This document shows, piece by piece, positions 1-10,524 of a stretch of DNA of 64,000 nucleotides. Location: NCBI GenBank assembly GCA_963809675.1, contig CAWEKJ010000002.1:306-64305 (forward strand), given 5' to 3'. Position 1 is the stretch's first letter. Every line of letters begins with the position of its first letter. The DNA is from an uncultured Alphaproteobacteria bacterium (GTDB lineage: Bacteria > Pseudomonadota > Alphaproteobacteria > Rhizobiales > Xanthobacteraceae). A program made the translations under genes and the position numbers. The notes under the pieces were generated by a model. That model was not told the origin of the DNA, did not search any database, and was given only the letters and a program-made list of their open reading frames with translations.

Positions 1-420
1 AAATTCCTCGCACTGTTGCCAAAGACCTTCGATGGCCGTGCGCTGCGTCATGTCGTCGAAGTACGGAACGACAGCTTCAAGACCCCCGCCTTCATCGCGT
101 TGCTGCGCAAGTTCGGCACCGCCGTCTGCTATGCCGAGCATGACACCTACACGGAGATCGCCGATATCACCGGCGATTTCGTTTACGCCCGGCTGCAGAA
201 GGGCAATGAGAAACTCAAAGCCGGCTATCCGCCGAAGGCGCTCGATGCCTGGGCCAAGCGCGCCGACGCCTGGGCCAAGGGCGGCGAACCGGCCGACCTG
301 CCGCGCGTCGACAAGGCCAAGGTTGCGAAAACACCGCGCGATGTATTTCTCTACGTCATTCACGAAGCCAAGTTGCGGGCGCCGGCCGCCGCCATGGCAT
401 TGATCGAACGAGTAAAATGA
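1..420 (+). CDS. DUF72 (YecE-like) protein, 5' end truncated by the window edge
   Basis: Frame open from base 1; motifs HVVEVRNDSF, TGDFVYARL, RDVFLYVI are typical of the DUF72 C-terminal half. Confidence 0.8.
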   Translation, partial: KFLALLPKTFDGRALRHVVEVRNDSFKTPAFIALLRKFGTAVCYAEHDTYTEIADITGDFVYARLQKGNEKLKAGYPPKALDAWAKRADAWAKGGEPADLPRVDKAKVAKTPRDVFLYVIHEAKLRAPAAAMALIERVK

Positions 421-923
421 CGGCTTCGAAAAAAGTGTCCAAAAAATTACCCAAGAAATCGCCCAGGAAAATACCTGCGCTGTTCACCATCGGCTACGAG
501 CAGGCCAAGCCCGCCGCCGTGCTGGGCGAACTCAAGTGCGCCAAAGTCGATTTGTTGATCGATACCCGCGCAGTCGCGGCCTCGCGCCGCCCCGGCTTCT
601 CCAAACGCCAGCTCGCCGCTTCGCTGGATGAGATCGGCATTCCCTATTTGCACTTGCAAAAGCTCGGGACGCCTGCGGAAGGCCGGGCGGCCGCCAAGGC
701 CGGTGACCTCGACACGCTCTGGCGTATTTACGACAAGCACATCAAAACGCGCGACGCGCAGGAGGCGCTCGGCGAGCTGGTGACTCTGATCAAGTCGGGA
801 AAGCGCGTTGCTTTATTGTGCTACTGCCGCGACCCTAACGCTTGCCACCGCAGCCGCATCGTCGCAAATATCAAAAAGCGCACGCCGGTGAAGGCCGAGG
901 ATCTGATTCCGCCGTTATTTTGA
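417..923 (+). CDS. DUF488 family protein
   Basis: LFTIGYE, IDTRAVAASRRPGFSK, LLCY...CHR motifs; ATGA overlap with the DUF72 gene. Confidence 0.85.
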   Translation: MTASKKVSKKLPKKSPRKIPALFTIGYEQAKPAAVLGELKCAKVDLLIDTRAVAASRRPGFSKRQLAASLDEIGIPYLHLQKLGTPAEGRAAAKAGDLDTLWRIYDKHIKTRDAQEALGELVTLIKSGKRVALLCYCRDPNACHRSRIVANIKKRTPVKAEDLIPPLF

Positions 924-2153
924 TTATTCGGCGGGCTGCACTTTGACCGGTTGGACTTGGGCGTGCCGCGTCTCGATATTCATGATCAGCGCCACCAAAG
1001 CGAGCGTTGAGAGGAACATCACCAGCGCGACGATGGCGTTGGCGCCGAGCACGAGGGCAAACCCGCCACTGTTATGCAGCAGCGAAATCATCGCGATGGC
1101 GGCGCCGGCGCTGATGAACAGCGTGAAATAGCGCACGGCATAGACCCGGCCGCGCCAGGCGTCGGCGGTGTAGCGCGCCAGGATGATGTCGTTGACCGTC
1201 ACCTGGCCGTAAATCGCCGCGACAGCGACGGCGAGCGCGACCATCAACGGAATGCCGGTGGCGTAGGTCGCCCACAGATTTCCCGCGAATCCAAGCGCGG
1301 TGACGGCGGCAAAAATGACGTGCGGCGGCACCCATTCGACCAGCCGGCCGACGGTGAGCTGAGCCAGCGCGCCGCATACCAGAACGCCGGTCGCAATGCT
1401 GCCGACCAGCACCAGCGGCACCGAGGAAGCAATGCCTTCATCGACGATCTTCGGCAGCGCGATGGTCAGCACGTTGAACACCAGTCCGGCGCTGATCGCG
1501 ATGATCAGAAAGAGCCCGAACAATGCCGTCATGACCTTGGGCGTCAGCGGCACTGCCGGTTTCGATACGCGCGACTTGATGTGATGCCGATCATCCGGCG
1601 TCAGCCAGAGATAGACGACCCCGGTGACGATGCAGAGCGCCGCCGGCGCCAGAAAAGCGGCGCGCCAGCCAAGCCAGGTCGCCAGCGCAGCGCTGACGCC
1701 GGCGGCTAGCGAAACGCCAAGATTGCCGCACACACCGTTGAAGGCAAGCGTGCGTCCGCGCGCGCCGGAAGCTTCGATCAGCATCGCCATGCCGACCGGA
1801 TGGTAGATGGCGGCGAAGATGCCAAGCACGAACATGGCGGCCGCGAGCATGGTCAAATTCGGCGCGAACGCCGTCAGTGCCAGCGACACGCCGCAGCCGA
1901 AATAGAACGCCGCCATCATGTTGCGGCGGCTCCAGCGGTCGGCGAGCCAGCCGGCCGGCAGCGAAAAAATACCGAAGGCGAGGAACGCGGCGCTCGAAAG
2001 CGCGATCAACTCGCTGTAGGGCCGCTGGTAGATCACCTCCAGCCCGATCACCACGGTTGGGTAGATCAGCAGTACGAAATGGTCGATGGCATGCGCCCAA
2101 TTGAGGAACGCGATGGAGCGGCGGCGCGCCTGGATTTCGTGGGCGTTATCCAA
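924..2153 (-). CDS. MFS transporter
   Basis: About 12 hydrophobic segments, GWLADRWSRR motif A; start probably TTG 2153 or ATG 2189 (the longer ORF overlaps the divergent gene). Confidence 0.85.
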   Translation of the reverse strand: MDNAHEIQARRRSIAFLNWAHAIDHFVLLIYPTVVIGLEVIYQRPYSELIALSSAAFLAFGIFSLPAGWLADRWSRRNMMAAFYFGCGVSLALTAFAPNLTMLAAAMFVLGIFAAIYHPVGMAMLIEASGARGRTLAFNGVCGNLGVSLAAGVSAALATWLGWRAAFLAPAALCIVTGVVYLWLTPDDRHHIKSRVSKPAVPLTPKVMTALFGLFLIIAISAGLVFNVLTIALPKIVDEGIASSVPLVLVGSIATGVLVCGALAQLTVGRLVEWVPPHVIFAAVTALGFAGNLWATYATGIPLMVALAVAVAAIYGQVTVNDIILARYTADAWRGRVYAVRYFTLFISAGAAIAMISLLHNSGGFALVLGANAIVALVMFLSTLALVALIMNIETRHAQVQPVKVQPAE

Positions 2154-2352
2154 GTTGTAGATTCCATAATAATCCCGCTTTACGTGCATAAAGTCGCCTT
2201 CATGCATGGCGTTGACGCATATAACGCTTGGCTGTCGCTTTGTCCTATCCGGTTTTCGCAGGCCGGCCTCAACTCTTGCGGCGGACACGCTTAAGTTGCA
2301 TAAATGACCCGTTGCGTTGCTGTCGGGTTGTTTCGGGGCTTTGGGGGCCTCA

Positions 2353-3090
2353 ATGCGTTGCGGGAGGCGCGTGAGCGCGGCGATATCCGTCGCCGTGGCC
2401 TTCTTAGTCTGTTGCGTTGGCGTGTCCGCCGGGCCTGCCTGGGCCGGCGACGACGGCGCGCGGTTCCTTTTGTTTTCGGGCGCCGACCTGTGGCGCGACG
2501 GCCGCTTCATGCACGGTGGTCTGCTGTGGTCGCCAGGCGGCATCGACCACGACGGCTTCACACTGCGAGCCGTGCTTTCGGGTGGAACCTACCGCTATCG
2601 CTCCGGCGCGCTCAACGACGCCTCGGTGACCGGCACCGACGAAGAAGTCCAGCTACTGCCGGGCTGGCGCTTCAAGCGCGATACGCTCGAACTCAAGGTG
2701 TTCGCCGGGCTCGACATCAAGAACGATGTTACCGCGCCCCACGATCCGTCCAGCCGACTGCACGGCACATCGGCCGGCATGCGCGCCGCCGTCAATCTGT
2801 GGTTCGAGCCCACGCCATCGACCATGATCGCCGCCGACGCCTCGCTGACATCGATCGCCATCGGCTATTCGGCGCGCGCCGCCTATGGCTGGAAGCTCAA
2901 CGATTGGTTCTATCTCGGCCCGGAGGCGCAAACTTTCGCCTGCATCGGCTACAGCCAAGTGCGGTTCGGCGCCCACATGACCGGATTGAAGACCGGACAA
3001 TTCGAATGGTCGGCCGCGGCCGGCTGGTCCGGCGATAGCGACCGACGCTCCAGCCTTTATTTACGCCTCGGCGTGTTGACCCGAAAATAA
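2353..3090 (+). CDS. BcsS-like outer-membrane beta-barrel (cellulose biosynthesis BcsS family)
   Basis: Signal peptide ending AWA, FLLFSGADLW...GGTYRY, alternating beta-strand pattern; start approximate. Confidence 0.7.
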   Translation: MRCGRRVSAAISVAVAFLVCCVGVSAGPAWAGDDGARFLLFSGADLWRDGRFMHGGLLWSPGGIDHDGFTLRAVLSGGTYRYRSGALNDASVTGTDEEVQLLPGWRFKRDTLELKVFAGLDIKNDVTAPHDPSSRLHGTSAGMRAAVNLWFEPTPSTMIAADASLTSIAIGYSARAAYGWKLNDWFYLGPEAQTFACIGYSQVRFGAHMTGLKTGQFEWSAAAGWSGDSDRRSSLYLRLGVLTRK

Positions 3091-3194
3091 GCGGCCCACA
3101 AACTCGCAATTGCCGGCTTGCCTATCCGCCGTTCTGTCCCAATTATGCCGAGCGACTAGAAATTACGCCTGCACGGCGGTAGGACACTTACCCG

Positions 3195-4283
3195 ATGAAG
3201 TTCGCCCATTTCTCCCACGTCTGGGGCAAGCCGGGATTGAACCCGCACCAACGGTACGAACAGCTGTGGCGCGAACTTCAACTGTGCGACGAACTGGGTT
3301 TCGATTACGGCTTTTGCGTCGAGCACCATTTTCGGCCCGACGAGAGTTGGATTTCATCACCCAGTCTTTATGTCGTCGGCGCCGCGGCCCGCACGCGACG
3401 CATGCGCGTCGGCTCGATGGGCTATGTGGTCCCGCTCTATCATCCGCTGCGCCTGGCGGAGGAAATCGCGTTAGTCGATCAGATGACCGGCGGGCGCATG
3501 GAGCTTGGCCTGGTACCCGGCATCAACGCCGCGTATTTCAAACCCTTCGGGCTCGACTACAATTTACGAAAATCGCCGACGCTGGAATTCGTCGATTATC
3601 TGCGTGCCGCCTACGGAGAAAAACAGCCGTTTTCCTTTCATGGCGATGTCCATCACACCGACGAGGCGATGTTGGCGGTGCAGCCGCTACAGCGGCCCCA
3701 TCCACCGCTCTGGATGATGAGCCGGGATCCACAGACGCTGGAATTTTGCGCGCACAATAAAATCAACCCCGGATACTTCTTGGTTTATCCGCGCGCCGAT
3801 GCGGCGCCGCGCTACCGCAAATTTCTCAGCGACTGGGACAAAGCCGGCTGGCCGAAAAAGCCGAAGATCGCCTACTCCACGGTCGTCTATGTCGATGAAA
3901 CCGACGACAAGGCGCTGGCGGTCGGCCTTGAGCGGGCGCGGCGCGCCTATGAAGGTTTAATGCCGCCAGCGAAACCCGGCGAAACATTCGACGAGCGCGC
4001 ACGCGAGCACGCCAAGAAATTCATTGGACGCGGCGAGCCGGGAGCCTCCGAGATCATGGCCAATCTGTTCGACGCCGATTACCTGATGAAGCACGAGCTG
4101 GTGTTCATCGGCTCCCCCGAAACCGTCGCCAAGAAGATTCAAACGGCAGCGCAAGCCGGGCTGTTCAACGTCTTCATGGGCGAATTCGATTTTTCCGATC
4201 TGCCCGAGGCAGACCTCATGCGATCCATCCGGCTTTTCGGCGAACAGGTGATACCGGCCTTGCGCGCCTACGAACCCTTCTAA
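3195..4283 (+). CDS. LLM-class (luciferase-like) flavin-dependent oxidoreductase
   Basis: DELGFD...VEHHF, HPLRLAEEIALVDQMTGGR, PLQRPHPPLW, FIGSPETV. Confidence 0.9.
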   Translation: MKFAHFSHVWGKPGLNPHQRYEQLWRELQLCDELGFDYGFCVEHHFRPDESWISSPSLYVVGAAARTRRMRVGSMGYVVPLYHPLRLAEEIALVDQMTGGRMELGLVPGINAAYFKPFGLDYNLRKSPTLEFVDYLRAAYGEKQPFSFHGDVHHTDEAMLAVQPLQRPHPPLWMMSRDPQTLEFCAHNKINPGYFLVYPRADAAPRYRKFLSDWDKAGWPKKPKIAYSTVVYVDETDDKALAVGLERARRAYEGLMPPAKPGETFDERAREHAKKFIGRGEPGASEIMANLFDADYLMKHELVFIGSPETVAKKIQTAAQAGLFNVFMGEFDFSDLPEADLMRSIRLFGEQVIPALRAYEPF

Positions 4284-4287
4284 AGTT

Positions 4288-5640
4288 TTATTGCGCGTCG
4301 CGAAGCTCCGGATGCGCCTTAAGGCGCGCGGTGTTGAGGCGGTGGATGATGAAGCAAACCACCGCGCCAGCCGCGAAGGGCAGCGCCGACCACATATACA
4401 GATGCTGGACTGGCAGTCCGATCAACAAGGCGCCGAGCAGCGGCCCGACGATCGAGCCGATGCGCCCGATGCCAAGCTCCCAACCGGAGCCGTTGGCGCG
4501 TAGCGACGTCGGATAGATCATGGCGCCGACGACGTTGATGCCGGATTGAATGCCGAGCACGAGGAAGCCGGCAAAAAAAGTCGCGATCAGCACGGCTGTC
4601 TGCGACGTCAAGCCGGCAAAACCAATTGAACCGACCACAGGCACCGCGAAGACGAACATGATCGCGATCGCCAGAAAACGGTGCCGTTGCAGCCACCAGC
4701 ACAACACCAGCGCGCCGATAGTGCCGCCGACTTGCAGACTGGCGCCGGCAAGCGCCACGGTCGTCGGCGGCAGCTTGGCCGCCGTCATCAGCGTCGGCGT
4801 CCAGCTCAGCAGATAGAAATAACCCATCAGATTCAAGGCAAACAGCAGCCACAGCAGCGGCGTGATCAGCGCCAACCCGTCGCGGAACAGATAGGCCGGG
4901 TTGAAGCCTGGAAACTGCTTCTCGTCTTCGATGATGAACTTGGCGTTGGCCGGCACGACATAATCGGGACGGATGACTTTGATGAGCGCCGTCATCTTGT
5001 CGCGATGACTTTCATGCAGCGTCATGTACTTGATCAATTCTGGCATGCCGATCTGCGCGACGAGCGCGATGATGATCGGCGCGATGCCGCCGATGTAGAA
5101 CAAAATTTGCCAGCCGTGTTGCGGCACTAGCGCGGCGGTCACGAAGCCCGGGATGGCGCCGCCGATCGGCACGCAGCCGACAGCAATGATGGCGAGCGTG
5201 GCACGCAGCTTGCGCGGCGCCAACTCGGCGTTGATGGCGACCACGTTGGGGATGACGCCGCCGATGCCGAGGCCCGCGAGCAGCCGCAGCCAGAACATCT
5301 GATCGAGATTGGTCGAGAACGAGGCCGCCAACGTGAACACGCCGAACAGCAAATTCGACCAGACAAGGGCGGCCTTGCGGCCGTAGCGGTCGCCCACCCA
5401 ACCGAACAGTGCCGAACCAAACAGAATGCCGATCAGGCTGGCGCTGAATACCGGACCCAGCGAACCGGGCTTCAAGGCCCATTCTTTGGCAAGGCTGGGC
5501 GCGGCGAAAGCGATCGCGGCAATGTCGTAGCCGTCGATCAGAACGATGAAAAGCGACCAGATAATCAATTTGATTTGGAATGAACTCAGCCCGCGCTCGT
5601 CGAGCAGACGCGAGACAGGAACGACCGGTTGATCCGCCAT
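4288..5640 (-). CDS. Aromatic acid:H+ symporter (PcaK/BenK-like MFS)
   Basis: DGYDIAAIAFAAP, GWVGDRYGRK, YPTSLRANGSGW...GRIGSIVGP. Confidence 0.85.
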   Translation of the reverse strand: MADQPVVPVSRLLDERGLSSFQIKLIIWSLFIVLIDGYDIAAIAFAAPSLAKEWALKPGSLGPVFSASLIGILFGSALFGWVGDRYGRKAALVWSNLLFGVFTLAASFSTNLDQMFWLRLLAGLGIGGVIPNVVAINAELAPRKLRATLAIIAVGCVPIGGAIPGFVTAALVPQHGWQILFYIGGIAPIIIALVAQIGMPELIKYMTLHESHRDKMTALIKVIRPDYVVPANAKFIIEDEKQFPGFNPAYLFRDGLALITPLLWLLFALNLMGYFYLLSWTPTLMTAAKLPPTTVALAGASLQVGGTIGALVLCWWLQRHRFLAIAIMFVFAVPVVGSIGFAGLTSQTAVLIATFFAGFLVLGIQSGINVVGAMIYPTSLRANGSGWELGIGRIGSIVGPLLGALLIGLPVQHLYMWSALPFAAGAVVCFIIHRLNTARLKAHPELRDAQ

Positions 5641-5887
5641 GATTGTTTCCCCCTTGGCCGCTTTTTGCGTGGGCCATGCACCCCTTCGCGGATGCTATGT
5701 CACAAGCGGACGCATGGAAAGCCAGTGTGCTGCCGTTTACGCGCGATACATGGGCAAGCGCCCATCAACGAAAGCCGGCCTCCATGCGATGACGCATTTT
5801 GGCGACGCTGGAGTTTTGTGTTAGTTTTCCGACAAACAGGTACGGAACTATATCCGCCAGAGAATTTGAGTCACGGAGAACGTCGTC

Positions 5888-6775
5888 ATGGCTGCGAACC
5901 TCAAGCATGTCAAAGTCGCGCCCAAGGGCATGGGTCTCAACGATTTCGTCGCCCATCAGGAGGGCCTCTTCGCCGCCGAGGGGCTTGACGTCGAGTTTGA
6001 CTGGAAAACTTTCCGCGGCACGCAATCGAGCTGGAAGGACTTGGAATATTTTCAGCGCCCGCAGGACCGCCCCTATACCGAAGGCAATAAAGACGTGGTG
6101 CAAGGCGCTTGCGTGTGGGGCACGATCTGCAACGCCAGCGCCGGCATGGGGCGCGTGGTCTCGGAATGTTACGGAGATTCGCCGTGGGCGATTTTCGTGC
6201 GGCCGGATTCTAAAATCCGCAAGCCCGAGGATTTGAAAGATATTCCGATATCGGTCGGCATGCGCGCCGGCAGCCACTTCAACGTCCCCTATCGCCTGGA
6301 ACAATATCTACCGCTTGAGCACATCAAAACGGTGAACACCGGCGGTTTCGGCGCGCGGCTCAAGGCGCTGCTGGAGGGTGAGGTAGAGGCGGCGAGCCTG
6401 TTGCCGCCGCAAATCGCGATGGCCGAACAGCTCGGCTTGCGCAAGGTGATGGAAGACCGCTTCCGGACCTTGTGGTGGGTGCCGGAGTCCCAACCACCGG
6501 AGGTAGTCAGCGGCTACATCAACGCACTCGAACGTGCTGAACAAGCACTCGAAGCCGATTTGCCGAAATATCTGCCGCTTTGGAAGCTCGCGGTCCCGCC
6601 GGAGTTTGCCGACAGAAATTGGGATTTCAGCACGTTCGGGCGCGGCGAACGTTTCGTCAAACGACCGCTTTCGCAGAAGGACTTCGACGAGGTTTTCAAC
6701 CAGGTCGCACGCTGGGGCCTCGATCAACACGTCAAGGACCGGAGCATCGAGACGCTGAGTTATCCGGCGGCCTGA
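5888..6775 (+). CDS. NMT1/THI5-like ABC substrate-binding protein (orphan, no clear signal peptide)
   Basis: EGLFAAEGLDVE, SKIRKPEDLK, ALLEGEVEAA pattern. Confidence 0.7.
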   Translation: MAANLKHVKVAPKGMGLNDFVAHQEGLFAAEGLDVEFDWKTFRGTQSSWKDLEYFQRPQDRPYTEGNKDVVQGACVWGTICNASAGMGRVVSECYGDSPWAIFVRPDSKIRKPEDLKDIPISVGMRAGSHFNVPYRLEQYLPLEHIKTVNTGGFGARLKALLEGEVEAASLLPPQIAMAEQLGLRKVMEDRFRTLWWVPESQPPEVVSGYINALERAEQALEADLPKYLPLWKLAVPPEFADRNWDFSTFGRGERFVKRPLSQKDFDEVFNQVARWGLDQHVKDRSIETLSYPAA

Positions 6776-6801
6776 GACGTAACGCCCGCGTTTGGCGCGA
6801 A

Positions 6802-7962
6802 TTAATCCAGCGTACGGCGGAAGCGCGTGACCGCGACCGTCATGGCAATCAGCATCAGCATAAACATCGCCGCCGTGTCGTATTGCAGATCGGCAAGCGA
6901 GGAGCCTTTCAACATGATCGAGCGCACGACGCGCAGGTAATGCGTCAGCGGCAGCGCCTCGCCGATATATTGCGCCCAGACCGGCATGCCGGCGAACGGA
7001 AACATGAAGCCGGACAGCAAAATGTTCGGCAGGAAAAACATCAGCGACATCTGCATCGCCTGCAACTGGTTCTGCGCCACCGTCGAGAAGGTGTAGCCAA
7101 TCGACAAATTCGTGGCGATGAACAGCGTGCTTAAGGCGGCGAGCACGAACAGACTGCCGATGATCGGCACGCCGAACAGAAAGACGCCGATGCCGATGAT
7201 CAGCGCCGCCTGCACAAAGCCGACGAACACGTAAGGGATGATCTTGCCGAGCATGATTTCGACCGGCGTGATCGGCATCGACAGCAGGTTTTCCATCGTT
7301 CCGCGCTCGATCTCGCGCGTCACCGACAGCGCCGTGAAGATCAACATGGTCATGGTGAGAATGGTGCCGACCAGCCCCGGCACGATATTGAGCTGGGTGA
7401 GGCCCGCCGGGTTGTAGCGCGCGTGGCTGCGGATCTCGAACGGCATGGCGGGCGTGTCGGGAACATCGCGATCGTGCGTGAGCGCGGTCAGCAACACCTG
7501 GTCGAGCGCGCCGAGCGCGGTGCCCGATGCAACCGGATCGGTCGCGTCGGCCGCCACCAGCATGGCTGGCTTGTCGCCGCGGCGGATTTTACGTTCAAAA
7601 TCGGCGGGGATCTCGATCCCGAATAGGACCTTCCCCGACGCCAGTAATTCGTCGAGCTCGGCTTCGGTGCGCGGCAGTTCAGTAACGCGGAAATAATCGG
7701 TATTGCGCAGCGCGGCCAAAATCGAGCGGCCGAGATCGTTATGCTCCTGCAGCAGCACCGCGGTTGGCAGGTTTCGCGGATTAGTATTGATGGCGTAGCC
7801 GAACAGCATGAGCTGGACGAGCGGGATCATGATGATCATAGCGAACGACACGCGGTCGCGCTTGAGTTGGATGAATTCCTTCACCAGCATGGCCCAGGTC
7901 TTGGACCAGAAGCCGTCGCCGGCGAGGCGCGGCGACGCTTGCGTGGGGATCAGGTGCGTCAT
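6802..7962 (-). CDS. ABC-2 exporter permease (YbhS/YbhR-like)
   Basis: KEFIQLKRDR, LFGYAIN, REIERGTMENLL, LLSGFMFP. Confidence 0.9.
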   Translation of the reverse strand: MTHLIPTQASPRLAGDGFWSKTWAMLVKEFIQLKRDRVSFAMIIMIPLVQLMLFGYAINTNPRNLPTAVLLQEHNDLGRSILAALRNTDYFRVTELPRTEAELDELLASGKVLFGIEIPADFERKIRRGDKPAMLVAADATDPVASGTALGALDQVLLTALTHDRDVPDTPAMPFEIRSHARYNPAGLTQLNIVPGLVGTILTMTMLIFTALSVTREIERGTMENLLSMPITPVEIMLGKIIPYVFVGFVQAALIIGIGVFLFGVPIIGSLFVLAALSTLFIATNLSIGYTFSTVAQNQLQAMQMSLMFFLPNILLSGFMFPFAGMPVWAQYIGEALPLTHYLRVVRSIMLKGSSLADLQYDTAAMFMLMLIAMTVAVTRFRRTLD

Positions 7963-8921
7963 TGGAAATTATCCCGCGCCTTGCCCATCAGATCGATGAA
8001 CACGTCCTCCAGAGACGGCTCGGAGCGCTTCCAGTCGAGGCCCTTGCCCTTGCGGTAAGGCGCGATCGCGACGTCGAGTTTGGTCTCGTCGCGCCCCGAT
8101 ACGTGCAGGCTGGTGCCGAACGGCGCCACCATGTCGACACCCGGCTTGCCGGTCAGTTCGTCGGAAAGTTTGTTGAGCCCCTGGCCTTCCGGGGCGCTCA
8201 CCACATAGGTGGTCAAATGCGAAGCATCGATCACCTGTGTAACGGTGCCGTGCACCAGCAATTCGCCATAGGCAATGTAAGCGATCTCGTGGCAGCGTTC
8301 GGCCTCGTCCATGTAATGCGTCGACACCAGCACCGTGAGGCCGCCAGCGGCGAGAGCATGGATCTCGTTCCAGAATTCGCGCCGCGCCTTGGGATCGACG
8401 CCCGCCGTCGGCTCGTCGAGCAGCAATAATTGCGGGCTCGGCAGCGTGCAGGCGCCCAGCGCCAGCCGTTGCTTCCAGCCGCCTGACAGTTCGCCGGCGA
8501 TCTGCTCCTCGCGGCCACTCAAGCCCAGCCGCTCGATCGCCGCGCGCGTGGCGGCCGCGGGCTTGGCGATGCCGTAAATGCGGGCGATGAACTCCAGGTT
8601 CTCGCGCACCGAGAGATCCTGATAGAGGCTGAAACGCTGAGTCATGTAGCCGACTTGGCGCTTTATCTTGTCCGTCTGCGTGAGGATGTCGTAGCCCAGA
8701 CACGTGCCGTCGCCCTCGTCGGGCGTGAGCAAGCCACACAACATGCGGATGGTGGTGGTCTTGCCCGAGCCGTTGGGGCCGAGGAAACCGTAGATAGTGC
8801 CGCGCTTGACCTGCATCGACAGGTCGCGCACCACCGCGCGGCCGTCGAACTTTTTCGTCAGGTGATGGACGTCGATGACGACGTTTTGCGTCCCATTCTG
8901 CGCCTCGTTTTGCGCGCTCAT
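7959..8921 (-). CDS. ABC exporter ATP-binding subunit (YbhF-like)
   Basis: Walker A GPNGSGKT, LSGGWKQR, LLLDEPT. Confidence 0.95.
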   Translation of the reverse strand: MSAQNEAQNGTQNVVIDVHHLTKKFDGRAVVRDLSMQVKRGTIYGFLGPNGSGKTTTIRMLCGLLTPDEGDGTCLGYDILTQTDKIKRQVGYMTQRFSLYQDLSVRENLEFIARIYGIAKPAAATRAAIERLGLSGREEQIAGELSGGWKQRLALGACTLPSPQLLLLDEPTAGVDPKARREFWNEIHALAAGGLTVLVSTHYMDEAERCHEIAYIAYGELLVHGTVTQVIDASHLTTYVVSAPEGQGLNKLSDELTGKPGVDMVAPFGTSLHVSGRDETKLDVAIAPYRKGKGLDWKRSEPSLEDVFIDLMGKARDNFQ

Positions 8922-9688
8922 TTTGGCGGCTCCGTCGGCAGCGTGACGGTCACGGGCTGGCCGACGCGGAATTTCTCCGGATGCTCGGGCCGCGCTTCGA
9001 TCAGGTAAACAAGCTTGGCTCGTTCATCGAGGCTGTAAATCACCGGCGGCGTGAATTCGGCGCTGCGCGCGATGAAGCTCACTTTCGCGGTCAGCCCCTG
9101 GTCGCAGCCGTCGCAGGAAACCGTGACAGTCTGGCCAAATTTGATGTGGGGCAGCGCCGGTTCCGGCGCGAAAAACCGGAATTTGAGATTTTGCGGCGGC
9201 AACAGCGCCACCACCGGCCGCCCGGCCGGCACGGTTTCGCCGCTGCGGTAATAAACCTGCTCGATGGTGCCGTCGGCGGGGCTATAGGCATTGCGGCGCG
9301 TGAGCCGGGTCTCCGACCAGGCCAAATTGGCCTTGGCCTGGCGCAAGGCCGCTTCGGCGTCGTCGTATGTCTTTTGGGTGCCAACCGCGGACTTGAGCAG
9401 ATCCCGGGCGCGGTCGTAGTTCTGTTGCGCATTTTCCATGGCGGTTTTCTTCACCACCAGGTCGGCCTTTTGCAGATCGTCATCGACGGTGAACAGCACC
9501 TGGCCTTGCTTGACGTGGTCGCCCTCACGGACTTTTAGCGTCTCGACACGGCCCTGCTCATCGGGGGAAACAAATATCAGCTCGGCCTCGACCCAACCCT
9601 GCAACTGACCTTCTTTGCCTTTGTCGCAACCAGCGAGAGCTAGCCCCGCAAGCATCATCACCGGCCAGACGGCAAGTCTCATCGTCAT
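8918..9688 (-). CDS. HlyD-family membrane fusion lipoprotein (YbhG-like)
   Basis: Lipobox LAGC, coiled-coil hairpin, AEFTPPVIYS motif. Confidence 0.9.
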   Translation of the reverse strand: MTMRLAVWPVMMLAGLALAGCDKGKEGQLQGWVEAELIFVSPDEQGRVETLKVREGDHVKQGQVLFTVDDDLQKADLVVKKTAMENAQQNYDRARDLLKSAVGTQKTYDDAEAALRQAKANLAWSETRLTRRNAYSPADGTIEQVYYRSGETVPAGRPVVALLPPQNLKFRFFAPEPALPHIKFGQTVTVSCDGCDQGLTAKVSFIARSAEFTPPVIYSLDERAKLVYLIEARPEHPEKFRVGQPVTVTLPTEPPK

Positions 9689-10380
9689 GGCGCGTTCCTC
9701 GGCCGGAACAACAGGTCCACATGGGTCTTCATCATCTTGCGGACATCGAGCGGTTCGAAGCGTTCGAACAAGCCGCTCCAGATGACGGCGACCAGGCCCG
9801 GCGCGACGACGATTTGCGGGAAATCGGTCAGTGCCGCAGGCACCTCCCCGCGCGCAGCCGCGCGCGCCAGCAGCGCACGCAGCGCGGCAATGACATGCGA
9901 GAGCACTTCGCGGTAATAAAACTCGGCGAGCTTGGGAAAGCGGCGGCCTTCCGAAATCATCAACCGGATGACGTCCTTGCGCCGCGTTTCGTAGATCTCG
10001 CGCACGAACAATTCGACAATGCTGTCGGCGAGCGCGCCGATCGGCACATCGGCCGCGCCCAGCGCTTCGATGGTGCCGACCAGCGGCGTCAGCATGGCGC
10101 GGACCAGTTCCTGGAACAGGCTCTCCTTGTCGCGGAAGTAGAGATAGATGGTGCCCTTGGCGACGCCGGCGCGCTTGGCCACGTCGTCGAGCCGAGCCGC
10201 CTCGAAGCCGCGTGACGAGAACTCATCGAGCGCGGCGGCGAGGATCGCTTCGCGGCGGGCGGCGCTGCGCGCTTCGCGCGTCTCGCTGCGCGATCCGGCC
10301 CCGGCGCGGTGCGCCAAGTCCGTGCCGCGCCGGCGGCGTGGCGTTTTACGGGCTAATCGCGGATGCGCGGTGGTCATCAT
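9685..10380 (-). CDS. TetR/AcrR family regulator heading the exporter operon
   Basis: ILAAALDEF...DDVAKRAGVAKGTIYLYF HTH. Confidence 0.92.
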   Translation of the reverse strand: MMTTAHPRLARKTPRRRRGTDLAHRAGAGSRSETREARSAARREAILAAALDEFSSRGFEAARLDDVAKRAGVAKGTIYLYFRDKESLFQELVRAMLTPLVGTIEALGAADVPIGALADSIVELFVREIYETRRKDVIRLMISEGRRFPKLAEFYYREVLSHVIAALRALLARAAARGEVPAALTDFPQIVVAPGLVAVIWSGLFERFEPLDVRKMMKTHVDLLFRPRNAP

Positions 10381-10400
10381 GACGCTTAGCAAAGCTTGCC

Positions 10401-10427
10401 ATAACTGACTGACTGGTCAGTCATTAT
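10401..10427. promoter_or_regulatory. Putative TetR operator palindrome TGACTGAC-tg-GTCAGTCA
   Basis: Perfect 8-bp inverted repeat at 10406-10423 with ATAA/TTAT flanks, just upstream of the TetR start. Confidence 0.8.
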
Positions 10428-10524
10428 ATAGGTCAAACTTAGCGATGCGCAAGCTCTAAAAACTTTAACAGAATCAAATTGTTGGTTGGAGCTTCGAGTT
10501 CGTCTGACCGGACTCAATACCCGT

